Of a stretch of DNA of 64,000 nt, positions 1 through 9,425 are shown piece after piece. The notes below the pieces were generated by a model. It did no database searches, had not been told where the DNA came from, and saw only the letters and a list, made by a program, of their open reading frames with translations. This stretch comes from Candidatus Bathyarchaeota archaeon (lineage in GTDB: Archaea > Thermoproteota > Bathyarchaeia > Bathyarchaeales > Bathycorpusculaceae): assembly GCA_963715865.1 (NCBI GenBank), contig OY970280.1, positions 928,001 to 992,000 of the forward strand. Direction: 5' to 3'. The stretch's first letter is position 1; each line of letters starts with the position of its first letter. The position numbers were made by a program, and so were the translations under genes.

Positions 1-75
1 AGTCAATAACATGGAAAGAAGCAAGTGTTTAGACTGGGTATATTAATGTAGAAAAGGCTTATCTCGATACATGGT

Positions 76-806
76 TTAATCTTTTTTGTCGTTCCACTGT
101 TCCGTCTTTTGTGTGCCATGCAAAGCGTAAAACTCCGCTGTTCTCTTGCTAATATCTAAAATGTTCGCTATGTCAACCAAGCTAGCGCCGTCCTCACTAG
201 CAGCTGTACCCACTGAAGAACGCGAAAGATGCAACCAAATAAAGGGATTAACAAGCATAACACGCCGATAAACAAAACCCCCCGACATATAACCCCCAGG
301 CACATTGTAAGTATAAGCTCTCAATTCTTCCGATCCATCTCTAAGAGTACATAAAGTATGAACGGTTTTTTGGCTGGGTTTTCGGTTATACGGGAAAAGA
401 TATTCTGTTTTCCTTCTAGATGTTAAACGCCAAGTGTCCCATTCTTTAAGGTACTGAAGTATATAGGGCATAGCATAATGCTCTAAAGTTTTCTTATGAA
501 GATACATTTTATTAACAACAGCTTTAGTTTTGCCTTCCTTCTTACCCACATAAAACCGAACAAACAAGTAACCGTCTTGTATCCAAATATCCCGACGCTT
601 CAATCTGGAAATTTCATCTCTCCTCTTGCCCCACACGGCCGCAAACCCTAACCAAGCAGTAACCAAACACCAAACATTTCTTCAGCTTTGTTTAAGGTTT
701 CAATCCATTCAGGTTTATAGATTATGTCAGATAACCCTCGAGCTTTTCGCATAGCTAACCTATACTCTTTGGTGTGCCTTGTCTTGATTAATACGCCGTC
801 TTGCAT
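76..806 (-). pseudogene. Tyrosine recombinase, catalytic-domain type, frameshifted near 665-670
   Basis: 76..666 has WGKRRDEISRLKRRDI (Arg box), HLSRSSVG (HxxR) and a C-terminal Tyr (TAEFYALH). An adjacent frame from ATG 806 reads MQDGVLIKTRHTKEYRLAMRKARGLSDIIYKPEWIETLNKAEEMFGVW and joins it with a 1-nt shift. Confidence 0.65.
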
Positions 807-1280
807 GTACTCATATTCAATAGACTTCCTACCACTGCCTTTTCTCGATGAGTTAGACCTGGGTATTTGTGTAATAATGTTCTGTGTTTTCTCTAAGTTT
901 GCCGTTTGTTATCGCTCCTTTGGTGTCTTGCAGTTTACTATATCCACTGCTATATCTTTTAAAGATGTATCTTTAGCAGATACAAACATAACAGTGTTAT
1001 AATACATCCTTCCTATTTTAAAGTTATGGTTTTAACTTACATGACTGTAAGTGTTGACAATCAACATTAGAACGATATTCTCATACTATCTACATACAGC
1101 AAGAATGAAAAATGAGAAAAATAATAGCCTTTAAACTCTACGTTTCTTTTTGTCTATAGCGTCGAACTTTGCGCTAATACTTTTCAATGATTCCTTAAGA
1201 GCAGCTATTGATTCAGCGCTAGCCACATAAACGTTTGATTCCTGTCATTGTTCTTTTTAGTTCTTTCTGGATTGGTACAA

Positions 1281-1940
1281 CTAAATGTCTCGGTCAAAGC
1301 GCGCGCCGATAGCTTTGGAAATTAGATCAAATTTGTCTCTTTCACGATTGCATATTTTTTGAATTGTTTTTACAATTTCCTTGTTTTCAGGAGAGACGTT
1401 CTTTAGTATCTCGCTCATTTCAGTTTTGCTGATAAAATTTGTAATTTTGAATTTAGAAGCAATGGACGCGTCCAAAATAGCAATTGTGAGAGCTTCATAA
1501 AAGTAATTTTCGTTAAAGAACTTTAAGTTTACTTTAGGCTTCAACTTTAATAAAGCATCAGCTAAACTCTCTGAAGGAATACCGTATAGAAATGATGGGA
1601 ATTTGTTTTTTTGAAAATAGTACTTAACTGCTTTACTCAGTTCTTCTTTTTGCAGGTCTCCATCAATTATCAGAGTAGCTAATCCTCTTGGCGTAAATGT
1701 TGGTGACTGTGCGCCTCTTTTGTCTAGTTTTCCATTCTTTCTTAATGTTTTAGTCGCGTTCAAAAGACCATCTTGCCGCATCTTTTTAATATGACGAAAA
1801 ACCGTTGCGTAATTCGATTGTTTCCCAGTTTCTTTAAGGGTTTTCTCTAATCCGTACATGCTTTGCTGTGAGTCAAACAAAGCCAACATTATTTCTTTAT
1901 CTAACCTATCCATTTTTCCACCTTTTTTAAATATAATCAA
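1281..1940 (-). CDS. Winged-helix DNA-binding protein (element regulator)
   Basis: N-terminal DRLDKEIMLAL...SMYGLEKTL...YATVFRHIKKMRQDGLL pattern typical of wHTH; divergent from the AbrB gene. Confidence 0.6.
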   Translation of the reverse strand: MIIFKKGGKMDRLDKEIMLALFDSQQSMYGLEKTLKETGKQSNYATVFRHIKKMRQDGLLNATKTLRKNGKLDKRGAQSPTFTPRGLATLIIDGDLQKEELSKAVKYYFQKNKFPSFLYGIPSESLADALLKLKPKVNLKFFNENYFYEALTIAILDASIASKFKITNFISKTEMSEILKNVSPENKEIVKTIQKICNRERDKFDLISKAIGARFDRDI

Positions 1941-1998
1941 TTCACATGGTAATTATGTACATAAAGCGAATATATAACGGTTATTATTTTGTTAATAC

Positions 1999-2184
1999 AT
2001 GCCAATCATTAGAAAACTCTTGGAAGTTGGTAATAGTCGAAGCATAACTCTGCCTAAATCATGGCTTGAAAATGCAGAGCAAGAAGAAGGCAAAAAAATA
2101 ATCGCTGTAACGATGGAAGTCAACGGACAAATAACGATAGCTCCAGTTTTTGAAAAGAAAAACGAGCCTATCCCAGCCCAATAA
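1999..2184 (+). CDS. AbrB/MazE/SpoVT-family DNA-binding protein
   Basis: IRKLLEVGNSRSITLPKSWL swapped-hairpin signature. Confidence 0.85.
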   Translation: MPIIRKLLEVGNSRSITLPKSWLENAEQEEGKKIIAVTMEVNGQITIAPVFEKKNEPIPAQ

Positions 2185-2221
2185 TCAAAAAACTAACTGT
2201 GGAAGGGCAGGTTCCACAAAA

Positions 2222-2476
2222 ATGACTATAAGAATACAACCCTTAAAAAACTTTGCCAAAATGGAACGACATCACAGATTCCCAGATGCATGCTTGGTGT
2301 TATGTGACGGCAGCCCTAGCGGAAAAACTCTAAACGAATATCTGCCTAAAAAAGTTAAGTTTGAAAGATGTTGCCAGTGTTTGCATTTTAAGAAACGTTG
2401 CGATTTAGGCTATGTCGTAAGCGCAAACTCTAGGCCCTGCAAGCAGGGAACACCATACGGCAGGCAAAAGCCATGA
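2222..2476 (+). CDS. Cys-rich hypothetical protein
   Basis: In-frame ATG at 2222 within track ORF 2150..2476; CCQC...C...C cluster; operon-like packing towards the primase. Confidence 0.5.
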   Translation: MTIRIQPLKNFAKMERHHRFPDACLVLCDGSPSGKTLNEYLPKKVKFERCCQCLHFKKRCDLGYVVSANSRPCKQGTPYGRQKP

Positions 2477-2613
2477 CTGAATCGGTGCCAGGTTGCTATA
2501 CAAATTATCCACATGCACTAGCGCCTAATAACTGCCGAAAATGCGATACAGAATTAAAAAGCCAATGTCAACTGATCGCGGTAAATAAGCCAAAAACGGA
2601 GCTTCTAAAATGA
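2473..2613 (+). CDS. Small Cys-containing protein (46 aa, not in ORF track)
   Basis: MTESVPGCYTNYPHALAPNNCRKCDTELKSQCQLIAVNKPKTELLK; ATGA overlaps with both neighbours. Confidence 0.5.
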   Translation: MTESVPGCYTNYPHALAPNNCRKCDTELKSQCQLIAVNKPKTELLK

Positions 2614-5159
2614 CTGAGCAGCAGGAACTTAAGGCAGCGGCAGAGGTTTATCACGAGTTAGGCATGTCCATTATACCTTTTTACATTAACCCTCAAGCCG
2701 ATGCTAACGGAGTACATGACAAAAAACCGATAATAACCACTTATGCACAATGGCAAACAACACCACAGACAGACGAAGAGTTTAAGGGCCTAGACTGGAG
2801 AGGATGTAACGGTTTTGGCATACTGTTAGGCAAGAAAGCCAAAAATGGTTTATACCTTTCTGCTATTGACTTCGACACAAAAAACAACAAAAAGACCCCT
2901 GAAGAACGCGAAGCCTACGAAAAAGCAATAATCAAAGGGAAAGAAATCTTTAACGACTTTCCAGTAACCATGATAGAAAAGACCGTTAATGACGGATTGC
3001 ATAAGCTCTATTGGAGTAAGATTAAACCAAAAATCGAAGGCACTTTTCACGATACGATAGCCCTTGAGCTTTTAGGAGAGAATAAACTCTGTGTTATGCG
3101 TCCTTCATACGGTTATACTAATATAGGCTCTGATGTAATAACTGAAGTTGAGAACTTAGAAGAAACTTTTTACTATATTCTAAAACAGCATGGTTTCAGT
3201 CTTGATGAAGAAACAGAAATAGCAAACCAACAAGATAATTACAGCTTCGAGATCAGTAAGATTGTTGACTTATCCAAACTGGAAAAGCAAGCAAACGGCT
3301 ATGAATACCAAGGCTCTCACCCGATCCACGACAGCACAACGGAAAAGAATTTTTGCGTAAACACCAAAACTAACACATGGTTCTGCTTTAGACACAACAG
3401 CGGAGGCGGTGTACTTCAATATTTAGCCATGAAGGACGGCTTAATCAAGTGCGAACAAGCCAAAAAAGGCGCGCTTAGAGGAAAGAAGTTTAAAGACGTT
3501 CTTGAGTTAGCAGTCGCTAGTCACTTGTTAGACGAAAAGGTACTCACTCAGAGCGAAATTAACCCGGTGATTTTGGCTAAAGATATCATGGAAGATTATG
3601 TTTTTGTGGTTGACAGAGAAGCAGACGAACTTTATTTCTATGATGAATCTGAAGGCATATATTCCAATATGACTGAGCAGTTTCTTAGAAGGCAAATTAC
3701 AAAGCGTCTTGATGAAAATTTCAAATCCCGATATCAGACAGAAATAACCGAGTTTATCCTAGGCATAGCACCGCTCGTTATAATGAATTCTGCAAAACCT
3801 GAAATGCTACCGATAAAAAACGGTTTATTAAATGTCCTAACTAAAGAGTTCTCAGAGTACACTTCAGACGTTTACATAACCAATAAACTAACCGATGTTA
3901 CCTTTAATCCTGCAGAGCAAAGCACCGTTTGGCACGACTTTTTGAATCAAGTATTACCAAATAAAATACAGCAAAGACAGCTCCAGCAACTCATAGGACA
4001 TTGCCTTATCAAAGCAATCTTAACGGAAACATGTGTTATTTTACTTGGAAAAGGTGCTAACGGTAAAACTATTTTCTTACTAACTATCACTAAGTTTCTT
4101 GGAGGCTCAAACAACGTTAGCAGCCACTCAATACAAGCCTTATGCTACGACAAATTCATAACTGGAGAAATCAGAGGCAAACTTGCTAATATTTGCGCTG
4201 ACCTACCGCATAAAGAACTCTTAAACACAGCAATTTTTAGAGGCTTAACGTCCGGTGACAGTTTACAAGGCTATATCAAACACGTTCAAAAAACCGTATC
4301 ATTCATACCGACAGCTAAATATATCTTTTCAGCTAACCAAACGCCTCCAGTAGCCAATGAAGAGGACTGTTACGCATGGTACAGACGTTTCGTTTTTGCA
4401 GATTTTAACGTAACTTTCACCGGTGAAAACGCGAAGCCACGACAAGAATTATTAAACAGCCTATCAACTCCAGCCGTATTCAGCGAAATCTTGAATTGGG
4501 CCTTAGACGGTCTAGCTGACTTAATTAAAAACAAATGTGAAATCTCAGAACGCCCAACAGTGGAATACATAACACACCAATACATACTCCGCTCAGATAC
4601 AGCCCTAGCATATTTTGAGGAAAAAGTAACAATCACGGATAACTCTACAGACTTCGTTTTTACAGATGATTGGCATAGAGATTATGTAACTTACTGTCAT
4701 AACACCGATTTGAAACCTAAAAATCAAGGCGAATTCATTGAAACAGTAAAACAACATTTACCAGGTGCCGAACACTGTAGAATTCGGCCCTACTATGCAA
4801 AAGGTGACCATAAACCGAGTGCTTTATCAGCCTATCGTTATGTTAAAATCGTGAAAAGTGTACCACGTGTACCAGATGTACTGGCTCCCGAAATTATAAC
4901 GCCAAAACAAGAAAAAAAACAACTAGGTGATTTTACTATTTCAGGGGGAATAATTCCAGAAGCCAGTACACCCAGTACCAGTGGTACACAACGAGAGAGA
5001 ATTCAGCGAACTTATGATTTAATCAAGCAACAATACAAAAAATCAAGTATGCCTTTAGAAGTTAAGACAATAGAAGATCAAGAGGCAGTTACGCAACTTA
5101 TCCGGGAAAGTAAGGTGTTTTTCACTCAAGCTGGGTATATAGCGCCAACGGAGGCTTAA
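2610..5159 (+). CDS. Bifunctional primase-polymerase / Zn-finger / SF3 (D5/P4-like) helicase replication protein
   Basis: N-terminal Prim-Pol motifs (GMSIIPF, GFGILLG, LSAIDFD, GLHKLYW); CHC2-like HPIH...WFCFRH; Walker A GKGANGKT; KYIFSANQTP motif C. Confidence 0.9.
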   Translation: MTEQQELKAAAEVYHELGMSIIPFYINPQADANGVHDKKPIITTYAQWQTTPQTDEEFKGLDWRGCNGFGILLGKKAKNGLYLSAIDFDTKNNKKTPEEREAYEKAIIKGKEIFNDFPVTMIEKTVNDGLHKLYWSKIKPKIEGTFHDTIALELLGENKLCVMRPSYGYTNIGSDVITEVENLEETFYYILKQHGFSLDEETEIANQQDNYSFEISKIVDLSKLEKQANGYEYQGSHPIHDSTTEKNFCVNTKTNTWFCFRHNSGGGVLQYLAMKDGLIKCEQAKKGALRGKKFKDVLELAVASHLLDEKVLTQSEINPVILAKDIMEDYVFVVDREADELYFYDESEGIYSNMTEQFLRRQITKRLDENFKSRYQTEITEFILGIAPLVIMNSAKPEMLPIKNGLLNVLTKEFSEYTSDVYITNKLTDVTFNPAEQSTVWHDFLNQVLPNKIQQRQLQQLIGHCLIKAILTETCVILLGKGANGKTIFLLTITKFLGGSNNVSSHSIQALCYDKFITGEIRGKLANICADLPHKELLNTAIFRGLTSGDSLQGYIKHVQKTVSFIPTAKYIFSANQTPPVANEEDCYAWYRRFVFADFNVTFTGENAKPRQELLNSLSTPAVFSEILNWALDGLADLIKNKCEISERPTVEYITHQYILRSDTALAYFEEKVTITDNSTDFVFTDDWHRDYVTYCHNTDLKPKNQGEFIETVKQHLPGAEHCRIRPYYAKGDHKPSALSAYRYVKIVKSVPRVPDVLAPEIITPKQEKKQLGDFTISGGIIPEASTPSTSGTQRERIQRTYDLIKQQYKKSSMPLEVKTIEDQEAVTQLIRESKVFFTQAGYIAPTEA

Positions 5160-5160
5160 G

Positions 5161-6348
5161 ATGGAAGCCCAAGCCGTTATTAAGTGTCCTGAATGCGGCA
5201 GCGAGAAATTCTTTAAAGACGGGGTAAGGAAACTTTCAAACAAGCAAGAAAAACAGCGTTATGTTTGCCGTGTATGTGGCTACAGATATACATACCCTAC
5301 TAGCTTAAATTCTGTCTCGGACAATTCAGTGAGCAGCCAAATATGCGTCGCGGAGACGAAAAATTTGGAACCAGTGCAGAAAACAAAAGGAAAACTATTC
5401 TGTGCTGGAGATGCAAAACTAAGTGCTGACACCAAAGGATTACTAACACAGTTCTACGCCTACCTAGAAAAAGAAGCCTATTCTGTTGAAAGCGATTACG
5501 TTGATAAAGTTAAGCACCTTGCCGTTCTTGGAGCTAACATTCGCGATCCAGAACACGTTAAAACCGTAATCGGACACATGCAACGGAAAGACGGCCAAAA
5601 AACTAAAAACGGCACTAAAATGCTGTACTGTTATTCCTATGATGCTTTTGTTAAAATGCTTAAAATTCAGTGGGATATGCCTACCTACGTTCAAGAGGAC
5701 CATGATCCTTTTGTTCCTGACGAAACCGAATTAGACGCATTAATCAGCTCTGCTAAATCTAAACTGTTAGCCGCTTACCTACAATGCCTAAAAGAAACGT
5801 TTGGCGACCCCGGCGAAGTGTTAAGAATCAAATATTTAGACGTTGACACCAACAACAAGGCAATAAGCATACGTTACCCCGTAAAAAATCACCTACCACG
5901 AACCCTTCAAGTATCAAACCGACTGTTAGCCATGATTGAAGCACTACCAAAAAAAGACGATAGAGTTTTCCCGACATCTTACGCAAACATGCTTAGACGT
6001 TTCGTGACTATGCGCAAAAGAACGGCTGATATCCACCAAAACCCCAGGCTATTAGCGGTTGACTTCACAGCCTTTAGAACTTGGGCTGGAACCATGATCG
6101 CCTACCACACAAACGGAAACGTGCTAATAGTTAAGAAACTGCTAGGCCACAAACAAATCAAAAACACAATGAAGTACATAGGCAAAATACAGTTCCAAAG
6201 CCAAGACTTTGAAACAACAAGCGCGTCAACCGTTGAGGACATCTTAAAATTGGGTTCTCAAGGCTGGATAGAATACTCAGTTGATAAAATCAACAATGTT
6301 GAATATCACTGTTTCAAGAAGCCTAAGAGGTTTAGCACTTATGTCTAA
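5161..6348 (+). CDS. Tyrosine recombinase/integrase with N-terminal Zn ribbon
   Basis: CPEC...CRVC Zn ribbon; AFRTWAGT, LLGHKQIKNTMKY; C-terminal tail ending HCFKKPKR. The first catalytic Arg position reads ETFGDPGE. Confidence 0.85.
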   Translation: MEAQAVIKCPECGSEKFFKDGVRKLSNKQEKQRYVCRVCGYRYTYPTSLNSVSDNSVSSQICVAETKNLEPVQKTKGKLFCAGDAKLSADTKGLLTQFYAYLEKEAYSVESDYVDKVKHLAVLGANIRDPEHVKTVIGHMQRKDGQKTKNGTKMLYCYSYDAFVKMLKIQWDMPTYVQEDHDPFVPDETELDALISSAKSKLLAAYLQCLKETFGDPGEVLRIKYLDVDTNNKAISIRYPVKNHLPRTLQVSNRLLAMIEALPKKDDRVFPTSYANMLRRFVTMRKRTADIHQNPRLLAVDFTAFRTWAGTMIAYHTNGNVLIVKKLLGHKQIKNTMKYIGKIQFQSQDFETTSASTVEDILKLGSQGWIEYSVDKINNVEYHCFKKPKRFSTYV

Positions 6349-6374
6349 AATGTTAGTAGTAAGAATAAATCAAC

Positions 6375-6806
6375 ATGAAAGTTGGAACAGAAAGGCTTTT
6401 CCACACACAGGTTGATAACACTTTAGGGAAGAGAGCGAGCGACATGAGCATTGGACAAGAACAGCCGAAGTCTAGGGTACATTTGGTTGAGTTATCGGTT
6501 CAGTACTTCAAAAAGGAAGGCTATAAGGTTAACAGGGAAAACGTAGTGCTTGAAGGCTACAGCGGCAATACCAGGCACTTTGACCTCATCGTACAGAAAG
6601 GCCGCGTGGAGCAAGGCGTTTGGGTCAGGGACTGGAACAGAACCATAGGCGTAAACTTAATCATCGGCTTGGACACGTCTTCTGAAGATGTTGGCTTAGG
6701 CAGCCCCATCATGATTGGCGAGAAATTCAGTGATCATGCCAAATCATATTCGAACAGGCGAAAAATTACGTTGTTGACTAAGCAGAAATTAGGCAGCTTC
6801 AGGTAG
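6375..6806 (+). CDS. Mrr-like restriction-endonuclease-fold protein (probable start 6444)
   Basis: FKKEGYKV...LEGYSGNTRHFDLIV PD-(D/E)xK-like pattern; ends RRKITLLT like Mrr_cat domains. Confidence 0.65.
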   Translation: MKVGTERLFHTQVDNTLGKRASDMSIGQEQPKSRVHLVELSVQYFKKEGYKVNRENVVLEGYSGNTRHFDLIVQKGRVEQGVWVRDWNRTIGVNLIIGLDTSSEDVGLGSPIMIGEKFSDHAKSYSNRRKITLLTKQKLGSFR

Positions 6807-6966
6807 TCAAAAGGAACTTTTCCTGCTTATTTTAGCTCTTGATAAGCTATTTGTGCGTGCACAGACCTCCCCCCGGGTCTACTATATGCTTCTAATATGC
6901 CCAACTATGTTTCAACATTAGGTTGCATAGACTTGTCTGACTGCAATTCTGCTGAAATTCCAATAA

Positions 6967-7551
6967 TTAGGCTTTCAAGTACTGGTCTGTTAAGCCTTCC
7001 CGTTCAAGCATGCCCAGCCAATCAACAATGCCACTGTAGCATTTCTTGCCATTTTCCAAAACATCCATGATGTCACCTACGACTTCTTCAACCGTTCTGC
7101 CTGTCACATCTAACTCGCAAACCTTGCCCGACTGCGACTGCACAGCTTCGATGAGGCAAACGTCGAGGATTTCAGCGGACAGGTTCTCCCAAAGCTTGGC
7201 GCCTTCAAAACCGCATTTTTCCATGAACCGTTTTAGTTCTTTGGGGTTTCGACGCAAAACAAAAACGTTGGTGACAAGGTTTGCCGGGGTCACAGCGCTG
7301 GCATAATGCCCGTCGATGATGACGTTTGCTTTGTCTGTGGCGTTTATGGTTTCGGCGAGTTTTTGGCGCATTTTTTCTTCGTCGATTATGATTGTTTTTC
7401 TTTGTTTGTCTTCGCCTGACGTTAAGCTGTGCGTTTTGGCGTAATCGGTCAAGTTAAGGTACAGGGCATCCAGTTTGGCGGTTAACTGTTTTGCAGTGGT
7501 TGTTTTTCCAGTGCATGGTGTGCCGGTTATTAGGATGACGCGTTTATTCAT
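6967..7551 (-). CDS. Adenylate kinase, AK6/Fap7 family
   Basis: ILITGTPCTGKTT P-loop, IIDGHY motif, VFVLRR. Confidence 0.85.
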   Translation of the reverse strand: MNKRVILITGTPCTGKTTTAKQLTAKLDALYLNLTDYAKTHSLTSGEDKQRKTIIIDEEKMRQKLAETINATDKANVIIDGHYASAVTPANLVTNVFVLRRNPKELKRFMEKCGFEGAKLWENLSAEILDVCLIEAVQSQSGKVCELDVTGRTVEEVVGDIMDVLENGKKCYSGIVDWLGMLEREGLTDQYLKA

Positions 7552-7619
7552 GAATAGTACTGATGAGTTGGGAAATTCTTATTGCTTCCGATAGCGCATA
7601 TAGGTGTGGGCTGGCGAGT

Positions 7620-7921
7620 TGGTGTGTGGCTTTCGGACCCAAAAAATGCTGGGTCTGAGGAAACTCCGCCCACGTGTAGAATTGCAGTGCCCCAAGGGTA
7701 CAGGGCGAGAGCCTTGGCTACGGAGCAGAAACGAAACGTCCAATTGGACTTGGCGATGAGACATTTGTGATGTCGAGTGTGCCAGTTTGGAAGCGGTGAA
7801 ACGGCCGTCCTGCAAGTGGAAAGGGCAAACAGTCGCTGATGAGGAATCTACCTGAAGGCGCGGGTAGCCCGATTAGCCGAATGCCACAATAACAGAAGGC
7901 GGGTTACAACCAACACACCAC
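7620..7921 (+). ncRNA. rnpB: RNase P RNA
   Basis: Universal CR-I GAGGAAACTCCGCCC and CR-V AACAGAAGGCGGGTTA. These form P4 with a bulged U (ACTCCGCC/GGCGG-GT). P1 = TGGTGTGTGG with CCAACACACCA. About 300 nt. Confidence 0.92.
7896..7921 (+). repeat. att core copy 1 (3' end of rnpB): AAGGCGGGTTACAACCAACACACCAC
   Basis: 26/26 identical to 12436-12461; the first 25 nt are identical to 18952-18976. Confidence 0.95.
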
Positions 7922-7931
7922 CCCAAATCAC

Positions 7932-8852
7932 TTGTACACCGCCTTAGAAACACCCAACGACACATCAATACTAAACGTATTAATCAACATGAAAAACAAC
8001 AACAAAAGCGACAGCACAATCAAATTTACAAGAAAAGCATTAAACAGATTAAGCAGTAAAGCAAAACTGAATGAACCCAAAGAAATAAAATCATTCATAG
8101 CCAACCTTAAAACAACAAACGCCTACAAAAGAAACCTCTGCATCGCATACAACAAATACGCAAAATACTATAAAATTCAATGGGAAATGCCACTATACCA
8201 ACAGGAAGAACAAAACATAGCACTCCCAACAAAAGAACGAATAGACGCACTCATAGCAAACGCAAGTACAGTAATGTCAACCAAACTAACATTAAGCAAA
8301 GAAACAGGACTACGACCCGTAGAACTATGCAGACTAAAAGTCAAAGACATAGACACCGACACAAACAAAGTTTATCCAATAACCGCTAAACATGGACAAG
8401 CCAGAACACTAAACATAAGCACAAACCTAAGCCAAAGACTTAAAGAATACATAACCAAAAACAAACTACAAAAAGAAGACAAACTTTGGCAAGAAGACGC
8501 AGACCACTACGGAGCAAACTTTCGCGAAATGCGAAACAAATTAGCCATAAAACTTAATGACCCAAAAATAGCTGAAATCAGACTATACGACCTAAGACAT
8601 TACTTCTGCACAATAACACTGCACAACACAAACGACACATACTACACAATGGTACAAATGGGTCACAAACACCTAACAACAACACAAAAATACTTACACC
8701 TAATCGCAAACTCAGGAAACGAAGAATACACAAGCAAAGCAGTACAAACAGGAACACCAACAACACTAAAAGAAATCATGCAACTAATAGATGAAGGATA
8801 CACCAAAGCAGACGAAATCGAAGGAATCCACATCTACAAGAAGAGGAAATAA
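7932..8852 (+). CDS. Tyrosine integrase, int(C) portion of a split integrase
   Basis: Complete tetrad: ETGLRPVEL (R), TAKHG (K), YDLRHYF (D/HxxR), MGHKHLTTTQKY (H, Y). The frame is open upstream through the att core (KAGYNQHTTPNH). Confidence 0.92.
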   Translation: MYTALETPNDTSILNVLINMKNNNKSDSTIKFTRKALNRLSSKAKLNEPKEIKSFIANLKTTNAYKRNLCIAYNKYAKYYKIQWEMPLYQQEEQNIALPTKERIDALIANASTVMSTKLTLSKETGLRPVELCRLKVKDIDTDTNKVYPITAKHGQARTLNISTNLSQRLKEYITKNKLQKEDKLWQEDADHYGANFREMRNKLAIKLNDPKIAEIRLYDLRHYFCTITLHNTNDTYYTMVQMGHKHLTTTQKYLHLIANSGNEEYTSKAVQTGTPTTLKEIMQLIDEGYTKADEIEGIHIYKKRK

Positions 8853-8890
8853 ACAACCCTCTCTTTTCTTCAGACACAAGTCAAACACAT

Positions 8891-8920
8891 GCTACGCTCC
8901 GCTACGCTCCGCTACGCCCC
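8891..8920 (+). repeat. 3 x 10-bp tandem repeat GCTACGCTCC followed by a T-run
   Basis: gctacgctcc gctacgctcc gctacgcccc ttttttt, between the convergent int and Rep operons. Confidence 0.85.
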
Positions 8921-8952
8921 TTTTTTTAACAAAAAACATAAAAACAAAAACA

Positions 8953-9147
8953 TTATGAAAACAAAACCTTCTCAAAAGCCCCACAATCAGGATTAACACA
9001 TACAAACAAATCATTATGAATAACACGAATATCAAATTCAACATAATATTCTAAAATAAAACCACAAGAAGGACACAATTTCACATGTAATTGAGAACCA
9101 AGTTTAGATAAATAAGAACGCTTAGAAACAGGAATATGCCAACTCAT
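8953..9147 (-). CDS. Small Zn-finger protein
   Basis: CPSC...CVNPDC; last gene of an overlapping minus-strand operon. Confidence 0.6.
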   Translation of the reverse strand: MSWHIPVSKRSYLSKLGSQLHVKLCPSCGFILEYYVEFDIRVIHNDLFVCVNPDCGAFEKVLFS

Positions 9148-9425
9148 AAATTAGCTATCACCGCCAAACCAGAAACATCATTATCCAAACCATAACGAAA
9201 CTCCATTTCAACAGAAGACAAATCTTGAAGAACCAACAAAAGAGGAAAAATACCAAAATTACCAAACCGCAAATAAAAACGGTACTGAAACTTACCAATC
9301 CCTTCACAAGCAAAAAAAACAACATCATCCGTCAAATAAAAACCATAAAAAACAGCCTTATCAACCACTTTTTTACCCTTAACAAACTTAACCTCAGAAA
9401 CAGGAACCTCAAAAGATTTATTCAG
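9144..9425 (-). CDS. Hypothetical protein (beta-rich); probably starts at CTG 9425 rather than GTG 9368
   Basis: Frame is open to 9425 with a GAGGTG SD 5 nt upstream; adds NKSFEVPVSEVKFVKGKK before VVDKAVF. Confidence 0.5.
   Translation of the reverse strand: MNKSFEVPVSEVKFVKGKKVVDKAVFYGFYLTDDVVFFACEGIGKFQYRFYLRFGNFGIFPLLLVLQDLSSVEMEFRYGLDNDVSGLAVIANL

Larger units (their letters stand above)
1..6360. mobile_element. Integrated plasmid/provirus-like element (right part; left end outside window)
   Basis: Cluster of tyrosine recombinases, wHTH and AbrB regulators, small Cys-rich ORFs and a Prim-Pol/SF3 helicase, ending just before host genes at about 6.4 kb. No att repeat was found in the window, so the boundary is approximate. 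Confidence 0.75.

Noticed and set aside
724-1002. Plus-strand 92-aa ORF
   Set aside because: Antisense to the N-terminal frame of the frameshifted recombinase.
6349-6443. att site for the left-hand element
   Set aside because: No tRNA fragment or repeat matching the window start was found; the partner site may lie outside the window.
7579-7815. ORFs 7579..7815 and 7582..7770
   Set aside because: They overlap the RNase P RNA gene; no protein features.
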